Shown here: one piece after another, positions 47,996 to 58,223 of the stretch
Layout: each line of letters starts with the position of its first letter
How positions within the stretch are numbered: the stretch's first letter is position 1
Assembly: GCA_036170915.1 (NCBI GenBank)
Contig: JAVHQC010000033.1
Coordinates: forward strand, 1-64,000
Length of the DNA: 64,000 nucleotides
From: Cyanobacteria bacterium auto_48_18
GTDB taxonomy: Bacteria > Cyanobacteriota > Vampirovibrionia > Obscuribacterales > Obscuribacteraceae
Reading direction: 5' to 3'
Program-made: the position numbers and the translations under genes
The notes under the pieces: generated by a model
Databases searched by the model: none
Seen by the model: only the letters and a program-made list of their open reading frames with translations
What the model was told of the DNA's origin: nothing

Positions 47996-49297
47996 TTGAG
48001 TGATCGTCTGAGAAAGAATCTCTGGTTCGCTTACTTTGTCGCCCTGCTGGTCTGGACATTACAGGCTTATGCATTACTTGGAAGATTGCAGATTTCAGGC
48101 GAACTGTTCGCCTTCGAAAAAGACGGACACCCCTATATAAGTGATTTCACCAATGTTTATAATGCCTCAGTTTTATGTAAAACCGCTGCCACAGAGAAAA
48201 TAAAAATTTATGATGCCCAAGTGCAAGCGGCATCGGCTGACCGATTGACAGCTCCAGTGAAGGCTGAGCAACCCTTCTATCTGCAAATGCCACCATTCTT
48301 TTTTAGCACGGTCAGGCCTTTAGCTGAGTTTTCCATGTTCCACGCCTGGCTTCTGTGGTGCGGCTTGGCTGTAGTGGCGCTTGTGGTGGCATTGTGGTAC
48401 TTCGTTAGACCGATTTTTGTCGACAATTTCAGCCGCTTGTTTGCCATAGTTGCCACCATCGGTTCATTTCCCGAATGGGAAGGAGTGCGCAGCGGAAATC
48501 CTTCGATGTGGCTGGCACCAGGTGTGGTTCTCATGTGGTTGCTCCTGCGGCGCCACCCTGCTTATGCTGCGCTATGCGCCACCGTATGCCTTTATAAGTT
48601 TCAGTATCTGCCGCTTGTGGGCATGGCAGGCTTATTTGTAGGGCGCATGCGCTTTGTCGCTGTTTTGGCTGCTATCACTATTGCCCTTGCGGCTTTCGCC
48701 TGCTACACCCTGGGTGTGGAAAATGTGCTCGCTTTCCCCAGTGCCTTAGCAGGTGCTGAAGTTAGTTCGAAAGTAAGTGGCGTGGCCGCTGTGGAAATGC
48801 AAAACTTTCGCGGTCAACTATGTTTGCTGACAAATTCTGATGGTAGCTTTGTTCACATAGCCACATTGCTAATATTATTTGTGGCTGTTGTGGGCGTTTC
48901 AATTATGTGGTGGCGTCTGGTAAAAGAAGCGCAAGGCTTAAATTTAAGCAGCACTGTAGTTCTAGATTACAAGTTCAAAATTTGTGCTTCAATTACTACC
49001 CTTTTGCTTTTAATTTGCAGCCCTCATACCCACAAACATGACTTCATCCTCGTGGTGGTCCCTGCGGTTTGGCTCTGGCAAACAGTGGCTTGCAATGAGG
49101 CTTTGCCTAAAGCTCTACGCTTGGCTACCAGAATTTTAATTGTCGCTTTTCCTGGAGTCAGCTGGATTTTCTTTATGCTCGAATTTCTTTTTCATATGGT
49201 AAAAATTCAGCCCTTTTTCTTCTGGGCCCTCAGTTTGTGCGTAATTGCTTGCCTGGCTCTAAGATTGAAAATAGCCACTGCTGAAGAGCATTCGTAA
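47996..49297 (+). CDS. GT87 (DUF2029) membrane glycosyltransferase
   Basis: SDF..Y, PFYLQMPP, GN, KFQ, SPHTHKHD; multiple TMs. Confidence 0.8.
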   Translation: MSDRLRKNLWFAYFVALLVWTLQAYALLGRLQISGELFAFEKDGHPYISDFTNVYNASVLCKTAATEKIKIYDAQVQAASADRLTAPVKAEQPFYLQMPPFFFSTVRPLAEFSMFHAWLLWCGLAVVALVVALWYFVRPIFVDNFSRLFAIVATIGSFPEWEGVRSGNPSMWLAPGVVLMWLLLRRHPAYAALCATVCLYKFQYLPLVGMAGLFVGRMRFVAVLAAITIALAAFACYTLGVENVLAFPSALAGAEVSSKVSGVAAVEMQNFRGQLCLLTNSDGSFVHIATLLILFVAVVGVSIMWWRLVKEAQGLNLSSTVVLDYKFKICASITTLLLLICSPHTHKHDFILVVVPAVWLWQTVACNEALPKALRLATRILIVAFPGVSWIFFMLEFLFHMVKIQPFFFWALSLCVIACLALRLKIATAEEHS

Positions 49298-49299
49298 AT

Positions 49300-50322
49300 T
49301 TAAGACTTTTGCCAGTCTGTCCAAATTTCGGCATTGAGCAGATTGGGCGGCTTTGTTTGTTCTTGAAACGCCTGTACAACTGCTGTCACTGCCAGATTCG
49401 CCATGGCGTGTCTGGTTTCGGCGGTGGCCGAGCCGATATGCGGTGCCAGTACCACATTTGGTGCAGCGAGCAAGAGCTTGTGCACCTCTGGTTCGCTATA
49501 GAAAACATCTAGACCAGCCGCTTTTATTTTATTTGTGAAAATTGCGTCTGCCAGAGCCTGCTCGTCTACAATTTTGCCGCGAGCAGTATTGATAAAAATA
49601 CAGTCAGGAGGCATCAGCGCAAATTCTTTATGGCCGATAAGCTCTGTGGTTGCTTTCGAAAGCAAACAGTGCACACTGACAAAATTGCTGTTTTTCAGCA
49701 GCGTTTCAAGCGAAACTCTTTGCGCATTCATTTCAGTGGCCAGCATGTGGTCTTTATCGTCAGTTTTAATTTCACTATCAGAGCAGCCTTGATCACCACT
49801 GCGGCTGTAAATGATTTTAAGACCAAAGCCATGGCAACGTTTGGCCATGGCGTAACCAATGCGGCCCATGCCCACAATACCCATAGTTTTGCCTGAAATT
49901 TCGGTGCCTAATAAAAGGTCGTTTTCAAAACCGGTCCATTGGCCACCGCGCACATAGCTGTCTGCTTCGACGATACGCCTGCCGCAAGCAAGCAATAAAG
50001 CAAATGCAAGATCAGCCGTAGCGTTGTCTAGCACTCCAGGAGTATTGCTCACCAGAATATTGCGCTGGCTGCAGAAAGGTAAATTGATATTGTCATAACC
50101 AACCGCCCTCTGGGCAATCATTTTAAGATCAGCTGCCGCGGCTATCACTTTCTCATTGAGGTCGTCTTGAGGCTCTGTGAGAATTACAGATTTGCCTTGC
50201 ATTGCTGCTATCAATTGAGCATCTGGCAAAGCAGTGGTGCGATCGATAAACTCGATGGGTGCTAGCGCACTCAGCTTTTCTTCCAGGTCTTGTGGCAGTC
50301 GGCCCAGGCAAAGAATTTTCAT
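49300..50322 (-). CDS. D-2-hydroxyacid dehydrogenase (glyoxylate reductase/D-glycerate dehydrogenase)
   Basis: VGYDNI, NTPGVL, GMGRIG, INTARG, LDVF..EP, PHIGSAT. Confidence 0.93.
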   Translation of the reverse strand: MKILCLGRLPQDLEEKLSALAPIEFIDRTTALPDAQLIAAMQGKSVILTEPQDDLNEKVIAAAADLKMIAQRAVGYDNINLPFCSQRNILVSNTPGVLDNATADLAFALLLACGRRIVEADSYVRGGQWTGFENDLLLGTEISGKTMGIVGMGRIGYAMAKRCHGFGLKIIYSRSGDQGCSDSEIKTDDKDHMLATEMNAQRVSLETLLKNSNFVSVHCLLSKATTELIGHKEFALMPPDCIFINTARGKIVDEQALADAIFTNKIKAAGLDVFYSEPEVHKLLLAAPNVVLAPHIGSATAETRHAMANLAVTAVVQAFQEQTKPPNLLNAEIWTDWQKS

Positions 50323-50325
50323 CGG

Positions 50326-52080
50326 CTAAATTAAACTGCGTTCAAGGGGCGCTGCTGGTGCCAGCTGAGCCATCATGTTTTTTTCGAAAATATTCAGTTC
50401 AACGGCGGCGCGTTTAGAATCCCAATAATTTAGATTTTGAATTAGTAGTGCTACTTTGGGCGCCGACTCAAGGCACTGCCCCTGGTGCACAAATCCGAGC
50501 CGAATGCGGCGCGAGAGAATATCGTCGAGTGAAATGGCCATTTCATTATTAAGAGAGTAGGGCACCTCAGCCATAATTGGAGGGAAATCAGGACAAATTC
50601 GCTCGGCCAGAGCAGGAGTTTTTTCCACCAGTTCAATAATTTGCAGGGCGTCTTTTCCGTAGGTGGCAATTAGATGATCGAGCGTGGCGGGCTCGAGCGA
50701 AAGTTTTCGCGCTTGAGCCGAAATCTGAGCGGTAGTGGTAAGAAAATCTGATTTATCGCTCCAGCCACCAAGCATAATTTTGTCGGTCTTGCTGTGCTTG
50801 AACCCGGCATACTTTGCCGCGTCTTGCTTAAGCAGCTGCTCCAGGGCCATATCGACCACATGAATGGAGAGCATTCTGTAGTTTGTGAGCTTACCGCCAA
50901 TCAAGCCAATAACGCCAAAGGGGCCTTCAAAAAGTAGATGCTCACGTGAGATGGTGGCAGTGTTGCTTTTGTCTTTCTCACTTCCTTTGACAGACCCGCC
51001 GCTATGTTCGCCTCCCACTAGGGGCCTGAGCCCGGCCCAGGCAGCGATTACGTCTGTCCGGGTCAGTTGTCTGGCTGAACCTGTACCTGAACCTGTAGCT
51101 AGTGAATTGCCGGCCTTACTGTATGAGTTGAGAATACCGAGTAAATAATCTACTTCTTCGGTGGTGGCAATTGGATTATCTAATGGACCTTCGTAATTGA
51201 TATCCGTGGTACCTACCATTAGCGCTTTTTGCCAGGGCACGACGAAAACAAAGCGGCCGTCTGGGGTTGGCAAAAATAAAGCGGTGCTGGTTTCGAAGCA
51301 TGAAAGCGGCAGCATGATATGTGTGCCTTTGGCCGGTTTGACTTTATCGGTCCAGGTAGAATCAAGCTGGCGTAACAATTTATCTGACCAGACGCCGGTG
51401 GCATTGACGCAAGAACGACAGCGCACAGTGAATTCTTTGCCGTCGAAGCGGTCTCTGCAAATCACCGTGTGTACTCGCCCGTCAGCTTCACTGGTCTTAA
51501 AGTCAACTGCTTCTAAATAGTTGACCGCCAGGGCCCCATATAGGGAAGCGGATTTAATTACTTCCATAACGATGCGACTATCGTCAGTAATGCAATCGTG
51601 AAAACGTAAACCGCCAGAAATCAGCGTGGGGTCTAGCGACGGAGCCGCGCCCAGAGTGGCTTTACGATTGAGCCGTTCGTGAGTGCGCACGCCTCTGGCA
51701 TTAATTGAAAGCAAGTCATATAAAGTCAGACCAATATCTGCCTTGATACCGAAGAATCTTTTGCCTTTGGTTATCGGCAGCATGAAAGAAAAATCTCTCA
51801 CCATATGTGGTGCTAACTGTTCTAATAGGCCGCGCTCTTGACAAAGCTCGCGAGTAAGCCTGAATTGCAGTTGCTCAAGATAGCGGAGGCCGCCGTGAAT
51901 TAATTTAGTAGTACGGCTTGATGTGCCCGATGCGAAATCGTCTTTTTCTAAAAGCAGCACAGAAAGACCGCGGGAGGCGGCGTCTTGAGCAACACCTGCT
52001 CCGACAACGCCGCCTCCGATAACAACCAGGTCAAATTCTCGATCTGCTGCTATTTCAAGTATTTCGCTTCTGCTCTTCAT
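50326..52080 (-). CDS. glpD: FAD-dependent glycerol-3-phosphate dehydrogenase
   Basis: DFASGTSSRTTKLIHGGLRYL, NATGVW, GTTD, GLRPL, SREH, GGKLTNYR. Confidence 0.95.
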   Translation of the reverse strand: MKSRSEILEIAADREFDLVVIGGGVVGAGVAQDAASRGLSVLLLEKDDFASGTSSRTTKLIHGGLRYLEQLQFRLTRELCQERGLLEQLAPHMVRDFSFMLPITKGKRFFGIKADIGLTLYDLLSINARGVRTHERLNRKATLGAAPSLDPTLISGGLRFHDCITDDSRIVMEVIKSASLYGALAVNYLEAVDFKTSEADGRVHTVICRDRFDGKEFTVRCRSCVNATGVWSDKLLRQLDSTWTDKVKPAKGTHIMLPLSCFETSTALFLPTPDGRFVFVVPWQKALMVGTTDINYEGPLDNPIATTEEVDYLLGILNSYSKAGNSLATGSGTGSARQLTRTDVIAAWAGLRPLVGGEHSGGSVKGSEKDKSNTATISREHLLFEGPFGVIGLIGGKLTNYRMLSIHVVDMALEQLLKQDAAKYAGFKHSKTDKIMLGGWSDKSDFLTTTAQISAQARKLSLEPATLDHLIATYGKDALQIIELVEKTPALAERICPDFPPIMAEVPYSLNNEMAISLDDILSRRIRLGFVHQGQCLESAPKVALLIQNLNYWDSKRAAVELNIFEKNMMAQLAPAAPLERSLI

Positions 52081-52099
52081 TTACTGCACGTACATATAG

Positions 52100-52576
52100 T
52101 TATCTTAGTTTGTCTCTATACAAACCTGCTCCTAAACCGAGGGCTGCGCCAAGAGCTGCACCTTTCATTGTTTTGCTGGCACTGCCGTGGCCCTTTGTTG
52201 CTGCCATTGTAATACCTGTAGCCACTGCGGTACCTGTTGCCATGTCTCTCATAATAGGATGACGTGCCATGGTTTTGTTGCCGTTGATGACGCCCACAGC
52301 CACACCTGTGCCTGCACCAAGTGCCGCACCTCTAACCATGCCCTTCCCTGAAACCAGACCGGCTACCGCACCAGCCGCTGTGCCCACCCCTGCGCCGATG
52401 GTAGCTTTGCGCACTACCTCATGTTTGCGGAAGAACTGTTTAGTTTTTGAGGGCTGGGCTTTAGTTACCGATGCCGAGTAAGTTTGAGCTTGAACAGGCA
52501 AAGTGACCAGTATAGTTTGGCATGGAATAACGCTCAAAGCTAAGGCCAGAGTAGCTTTACGAATTTGCAGTTTCAT
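52100..52576 (-). CDS. Exported glycine-zipper protein
   Basis: Signal peptide; GAGVGTAAGAVAG and GAALGAALG repeats. Confidence 0.75.
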   Translation of the reverse strand: MKLQIRKATLALALSVIPCQTILVTLPVQAQTYSASVTKAQPSKTKQFFRKHEVVRKATIGAGVGTAAGAVAGLVSGKGMVRGAALGAGTGVAVGVINGNKTMARHPIMRDMATGTAVATGITMAATKGHGSASKTMKGAALGAALGLGAGLYRDKLR

Positions 52577-53128
52577 CGTGTGCTCCTAAGATCTAGGGAA
52601 TTTCTTCCGTTTAAAATTTAGTATTTGTTGACGATACTCATTACCGATCGGGTAGTTTCAGCTGATTTTTGCAAGGCGAAACTTAACTCTCGGTAACAAG
52701 AGACTACCATTAATTTTATTTTTTTCGGGGCACTTTCCTGACTAGACATCAGAGTTTTACTCTGGATGTTGAAACCGATATCCCGCGCATATCAAGGCTA
52801 TGTCTGATAGGGGGCTGGCGCGGTGTGGCATTTTGGCGACTTACACCAATGACACAGTTGAAATGGAGACGACCGTTTTTGATGGGATGTTCCCAATGAG
52901 GCTGCTCTAACAATCACTAAAGAAACAGGCCCAACCTTATTTTTTGCCCATCTGAGGTCGAAAATTGTTTATTTCACAGGCAAAAATTGCTCAAATTGAC
53001 TATCCTACTTGTCGGCATCCAGAGCTGAGTTCACGACGTCGCGTCTTGGTTCAGCGGGTCCGTTCCAATCGACTGAATAAAATTGGAAAAACAGGTTTAT
53101 ACGCAGGAAATTTGAGAAAAATTTGCCA

Positions 53129-56116
53129 ATGAAAAATGTTTTTGCACTCGCATGCTCCTTAATGGTGGCAGGCATCGAATGTGGTGCTCCTCAAATCGTG
53201 TTTGCACAGCACAGTAGACCTACGTCTTCTACAGTCAACGTCAAGCCGCACTCCAGCAACCCGGCCGTAATCAACAACAACCCCAATTCGGGCTTAGGCA
53301 ATTACGCTCCAGACCGGTCTAAGGGTGGCGAGACCATCATTAAAGAATTGGAAAAGCTGACCGAAATGGCTCAGACACCCCAGTCAATGGAAAAGATTCA
53401 AGAGCTCGAGAAGAAGGGCGAAAAGTATTTTGAACAACATCTGATTAACCAGGCTCTTATCAGTTGGCAAGAGATGTATGGCATGAGCATCGAAATGAAG
53501 TATGCCGAAGGTCAGGGCAAGGCACTCACCAATATGTGTCGCTGTTACGTCGAGCAGGGTTCGTGGGTCAAGGCCAAATATCTTGGTGAAAATGCCGTTG
53601 AAGTACTGGCCAGCGTTCAAGATCAACAATCACTAGCTAGAGCTCGAGTGGCTTTGGCCCAGGCTTACTTTGGTCTTGATAACCCGGTTTGGGCAACGCA
53701 ACAACTTGACGCAGCCTTAAAAGTACTGACCGCTTCTGGATTGAATAACCCCGCAGAAGCGGCTCGAGTGATGTATCTCTGCGCCAATCTCTGCTTGCAA
53801 TTCAACAAACCTAAGGAAGCAACAAGATTTTTCCAGGAAGGTGCAACGTATAGCGTCCAGGCCGGCGACCTTAACCGTGCGGTTCAGGTGCGTATTGCCA
53901 CCGTCACTAGCATGATTGAAATGGGCTGGTTTACTGCGGCCCTTGAAGAAGCCAACAAATTGCTCTCCCTGGCTCGTTCAAATCCAAAATCTGGTGCTCT
54001 ATATATGGTGCCTGCATTGCAGACCGTTGCCAACGCACAATATGCCGCCAACGAATTTGCCAATGCTCGCAAAACCTACGAGCAAGCTTATGCATTATTG
54101 CCCAGGCTCGACGCTCGACAAGTATCTGATGTGGCACGTGCCAACATGGATCAAGGTTATGCATACTGCCTGGCCTCCACTGGAGATCTGGACCAAGCTC
54201 GCCAATATCTACTAAAGGCGCTGCCTGTTTTCAAAGCCAAATCTGATGCCTATAACCAGGCTCAGGCTGCTAACGCGCTTGGAGTGATCGAAGTGCTTGA
54301 TGGTCAAGCCGGCAAAGGAATGGCCTACTTCCTGCAATCAATAGATTTTCAGGCTGTAATTTCGCCCAAAGCACCAAAATTGCACGCTATCGTATTACAA
54401 AACATGGCTGTGGCGGAGTATCGCAGTGGTTCTTACCGCGATTGCAAAACCCATCTTGATGGTGCCCTCAGTGTTCTTGCTAATACTAAAGAACAGATGT
54501 TCAAAGGCCGTCTCTATCAGTGCCTTGCCGAAGCCGCATATAAAAGTGCAGACTCCACCGCCGCCGAAAATAATGCCAATAAAGCAATTACCATTGCTGA
54601 AAAGATTAACGACGACGGCTGCCTCTGGCGCTCTTATCTGCTGAGAGCAAGATTGCAACTGGCCAGACAGGAAATTGATCTGGGCAAAGAATCGCTGAAA
54701 AGCGCAGTGTCTTATTTCCGCTCGCCACAGGCCGGCGCCTTTACTGCTGCGGATAGTCTGAGTTTTCCTGTTAGTCGCGAAGACATGGGAGCTACTCTGG
54801 TGCAGTTGATGGCCAGTCAGGGTCTGACGGAACAAGCATTGCTTGCAGCCGAACAATTGAAAGAAGAGAATTTCATCAGCGAATGGCTCAAGCGTGGTGG
54901 CCAGGTTAAACCTGAAGACCGCGATGTATACCTGGAACTAACCAGTCAGCGCGCCCGTATTCACGCTGCTGAAGCTACCTCTACTCCAAACACTCTTGTT
55001 AAAGAATGGCAAAGCTGGATGGAACGATTCCGCTCGGTTGTCACTGCCAATCGCTCTCTTGCTAGATTGATTGCACCAGTGCCAAACACTCCTGCCGATA
55101 TTATTGCTGCCGTTCAAAAAACGAAAGCAACAGCGGTGGAATATTTGGTGGGGCCAGAATCGACAATGGTCTTCACCATCGATCCGGCCGGTCGCATTTC
55201 TTCTACTAATTTGCCTGTCAATCGCGCCAGACTAAAAAGCCAAGTCACTTCGTTGCTAGAGCTGAGCACCAAGAGTGGTGGCGATGAAGCGGGCGCACAA
55301 ACTGAGAAGTTAACGCTCAAAGCGCTGTACAACCAATTGTTGCCTGCATCGGTCAGACAGTTCTTGCCTCAAACGCCTGAGCAAATGATCGTCATTATTC
55401 CTGACGGGCCGCTCTACAATTTGCCCTTTGCCGCGCTAATTGATGAGAAAGGTAAGTTCTTAGTGGAAGGGCACCTGCTCTCCATGGCTTCTTCCATGTC
55501 TGTGATTATGGATTGCCCACCGGAGTACAGTGCTGATCTAAGTATGTTGGTAGCGTCTACAAATTCTGCCGGCAGTTCTGAGCAAGCAGAAAATGATCAA
55601 ATAACGTCAGCTGTAGGTGCTGAGAGAGTGACAAAGCTGGTAGGGAAAGATGCCAGTTTGACCAATATTGAAGAGCAAGCTAAGGGCAAATCGGTGGTGC
55701 ACATCTCGACGAAATTGCCGCTTCTAGAAAACAATCCCTTAAGGTCAGTTTTGCCAATCTTTGGTGATAGTGACGATATGGGCCGGAAAGTGACAGCTGA
55801 TAGGCTTTGCGGCACGCCAATGGCCGTAGATCTGATTGTCTGGAGCGCGAGCTCCGTGAGCCCTAAAGATGCTCGTGGAAATGCCGTGAAAGTATTCAGT
55901 CGCGGTTTGAACTATGCCGGTGCACGCAACGTGTTGATGAGCTTGTGGTGGCAGCCTGATGCCCAGCGTATTGATGAGCTAGTGAGCGTTTTCAAAAGCA
56001 AGAAAGCCGGATCAACTCCAGCCCAGGGCTTACGAAAAGCACAGCTAGCTGCTATTTCACGTGATCCTTCTTTGAAAAACTGGGCCGGATTCCAGCTGTT
56101 AGGACCAGGCTACTAG
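53129..56116 (+). CDS. TPR + CHAT domain protein, catalytic dyad apparently degenerate
   Basis: TPR array; LYNQLL, IIPDGPLYNLPFAAL, AGARNVLMSLW, LRKAQL, WAGFQLLG. Confidence 0.88.
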   Translation: MKNVFALACSLMVAGIECGAPQIVFAQHSRPTSSTVNVKPHSSNPAVINNNPNSGLGNYAPDRSKGGETIIKELEKLTEMAQTPQSMEKIQELEKKGEKYFEQHLINQALISWQEMYGMSIEMKYAEGQGKALTNMCRCYVEQGSWVKAKYLGENAVEVLASVQDQQSLARARVALAQAYFGLDNPVWATQQLDAALKVLTASGLNNPAEAARVMYLCANLCLQFNKPKEATRFFQEGATYSVQAGDLNRAVQVRIATVTSMIEMGWFTAALEEANKLLSLARSNPKSGALYMVPALQTVANAQYAANEFANARKTYEQAYALLPRLDARQVSDVARANMDQGYAYCLASTGDLDQARQYLLKALPVFKAKSDAYNQAQAANALGVIEVLDGQAGKGMAYFLQSIDFQAVISPKAPKLHAIVLQNMAVAEYRSGSYRDCKTHLDGALSVLANTKEQMFKGRLYQCLAEAAYKSADSTAAENNANKAITIAEKINDDGCLWRSYLLRARLQLARQEIDLGKESLKSAVSYFRSPQAGAFTAADSLSFPVSREDMGATLVQLMASQGLTEQALLAAEQLKEENFISEWLKRGGQVKPEDRDVYLELTSQRARIHAAEATSTPNTLVKEWQSWMERFRSVVTANRSLARLIAPVPNTPADIIAAVQKTKATAVEYLVGPESTMVFTIDPAGRISSTNLPVNRARLKSQVTSLLELSTKSGGDEAGAQTEKLTLKALYNQLLPASVRQFLPQTPEQMIVIIPDGPLYNLPFAALIDEKGKFLVEGHLLSMASSMSVIMDCPPEYSADLSMLVASTNSAGSSEQAENDQITSAVGAERVTKLVGKDASLTNIEEQAKGKSVVHISTKLPLLENNPLRSVLPIFGDSDDMGRKVTADRLCGTPMAVDLIVWSASSVSPKDARGNAVKVFSRGLNYAGARNVLMSLWWQPDAQRIDELVSVFKSKKAGSTPAQGLRKAQLAAISRDPSLKNWAGFQLLGPGY

Positions 56117-56279
56117 GTTGAAAGGTTTACGCAAGGCTGCTTAGCGATGTTTAGTTTTTCGTGAAGAGCAGATTAAGTATTGAAGTCAAGCATGTATATA
56201 TCCGCCTATAAATTGTATAAATCTATAACTTGGCATCATGGCGTCAGAATTTTGTAGAAACCGCACCGCAGGCTCGTAA

Positions 56280-58097
56280 ATGAATTTCCAAACTAAGATC
56301 AAAAAACGGCATTCCAAAAACTCAACTATGTCTCACATGAGACACGCAGCAATACCAAAGGCTTTCAGTCTGTTATTGAGTGCTCAATTGATTTGTTCGG
56401 GTCTGGCTCTTTCAACTGCGGCTTCGTTTGATACAAGCGCCGCTCGTGCAGCTGAGAGCGAAGCCGCACCGGCACCATCGTGGAACGAAACTAAAACTGA
56501 TTCGATGTTTGTCATCGATTCTAAAAATAGTGATGCTGGTCTAGAGGCTCATACTCGGCCTGCCAAAATAGAACCGGCAAAAGAAGAAGCGAAAACTGAA
56601 GCCAAACCTGAAGTTAAGGCTGACGTTAAAGAAGAAATCAAAACTGAAGTTAAAGCTGTCGCAAAAGAAGAAACTAAAACTGAAGCCAAGGCAGAAGTAA
56701 AAACCGAAGCAGCTGTAGATGTAAAAGTCGCTGACACCAAAACTGAAACAAGGAAAGAAACTACCTCGGTAGTCAATACTGATACCGATAAGAAGAATTC
56801 CACCAGCGTAAAGTCTATAGCTGAAGTAACACCTGTAACCGCTATCCCCGTTGACAGTGCTGTGATTATGCCTGGCACTCCTGCCGCCACTACTTCCAGC
56901 ACAACGACCACAACAAGTTCTGCTGCTGCTGCAGTTGAAGATCAACCGACCGCCGCTAATGCAGTTGATGTCACTATCACTGATTCCAGTACCGATTCTA
57001 ATGGTGATGCTACACAGACCGTAGTTACTGACAGCAATGCCAAAACTATGGGCGCCGGCAGCATACTTTCTCCTGATGGTCAGAGTCTATTCACTAGTGG
57101 TGGTGCCTCTCCAAAAGTTGGCGAAGGCGCTCTGACAACAGTCGATTCGCTTTCATCCGACAACATGACTGAGCTTGGTGCCACTGTTGTTGAAACCGGC
57201 GTCAACAAGGACGAAGTCACCGCTTTAGAGGGCGGCGTGCTGATTGTAGACAGCGACCAGGTTTCTGAAGTAGAAGAAACCGTCAAATATGAAAATCTAC
57301 CTACAGATGAAGGCAAAACTCGCATTAAAACCGGTGCACGTTTTCCAGTTGTAGTGACATCGCAAATTTCTTCGAAGAACGCTCACAAAGGTGACGGTCT
57401 TGAAGCTCGCTTGAAATACGATTTGAAAATCGGCGATCGTCTGGTGGCCAAAAAAGGCTCAGCGGTTCAAGGCCACATCAACTATGCTTTGCCTGCTCGC
57501 AGCGTAATGCACTCATTGGTTAGCCCTAACCGCTGGTATCGCAACTCTGGATGTCTAGGTGTCGAGTTCGACGAAATCGTCACCGAAAAAGGTGAGCACC
57601 TGCCACTAGTAGCTGCTCCTGCCAAAAATGCTTTGATCGTCAAAAACAAAGCTGAGGGCCGCGTTCTAGGTGTAAACCACTTAGGTCAAATTGCCGGACC
57701 ATGGGAACAGCAACTTAAATACAAAGCTATTCGTATCGGCCTTAACGCTGCTCTGGCTCCAGCCGGGGTGTTCAGCTTTGGCGCTATGCCAGTGGCTCTT
57801 GGTCTGATGGGTGCTGCTAATCCGTCGTTTGCTTTCATGAAACCAGTTGGTACTAACGTTCGCCACCGCCGCATTAAGGGCTTTGCTTGGGGCTTCCTCT
57901 CTGGTATTCCCGGCAGCTGGTTAATCGAAGATACTGTGGTTAAAGGTAACGAAGCAATCATCAAGCCAGGCGACGAATTCCTGGTTGAATTCCACCAGGA
58001 GTTCACCGGCGAACCAGCCAGCGAAGCGCAAATGATGCCTAATGCCAATGCTAAAGTGCACGGCGATGTTAGAACTTCGAAGAAGAAAGCGAAGTAA
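56280..58097 (+). CDS. Exported protein with E/K/T low-complexity linker and C-terminal TrbI/VirB10-like beta domain
   Basis: G.RF.V...ISSK.A..GD...A...KGS.V.G.I, then IKPGDEF.V. Confidence 0.65.
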   Translation: MNFQTKIKKRHSKNSTMSHMRHAAIPKAFSLLLSAQLICSGLALSTAASFDTSAARAAESEAAPAPSWNETKTDSMFVIDSKNSDAGLEAHTRPAKIEPAKEEAKTEAKPEVKADVKEEIKTEVKAVAKEETKTEAKAEVKTEAAVDVKVADTKTETRKETTSVVNTDTDKKNSTSVKSIAEVTPVTAIPVDSAVIMPGTPAATTSSTTTTTSSAAAAVEDQPTAANAVDVTITDSSTDSNGDATQTVVTDSNAKTMGAGSILSPDGQSLFTSGGASPKVGEGALTTVDSLSSDNMTELGATVVETGVNKDEVTALEGGVLIVDSDQVSEVEETVKYENLPTDEGKTRIKTGARFPVVVTSQISSKNAHKGDGLEARLKYDLKIGDRLVAKKGSAVQGHINYALPARSVMHSLVSPNRWYRNSGCLGVEFDEIVTEKGEHLPLVAAPAKNALIVKNKAEGRVLGVNHLGQIAGPWEQQLKYKAIRIGLNAALAPAGVFSFGAMPVALGLMGAANPSFAFMKPVGTNVRHRRIKGFAWGFLSGIPGSWLIEDTVVKGNEAIIKPGDEFLVEFHQEFTGEPASEAQMMPNANAKVHGDVRTSKKKAK

Positions 58098-58146
58098 GTC
58101 GCTAGCTCACATTTAGCTCGACGCACAGCCTACAGAACAAACCATG

Positions 58147-58182
58147 AAAAAGCCGGAGATTTGACTCTCCGGCTTTCTCTTT
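58147..58182. terminator. Bidirectional intrinsic terminator
   Basis: AAAGCCGGAGA-TTTGAC-TCTCCGGCTTT between convergent genes. Confidence 0.85.
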
Positions 58183-58223
58183 AGTCCAGTTATCTACTTG
58201 CTTGCTTGTTGCTTGCCAACCCC

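Noticed and set aside
52577..53128. Long intergenic region with CACAGGCAAA resembling a c-di-GMP-I riboswitch
   Set aside because: It lacks the GNRA loop and GACGCAAA; more simply explained as divergent promoters.
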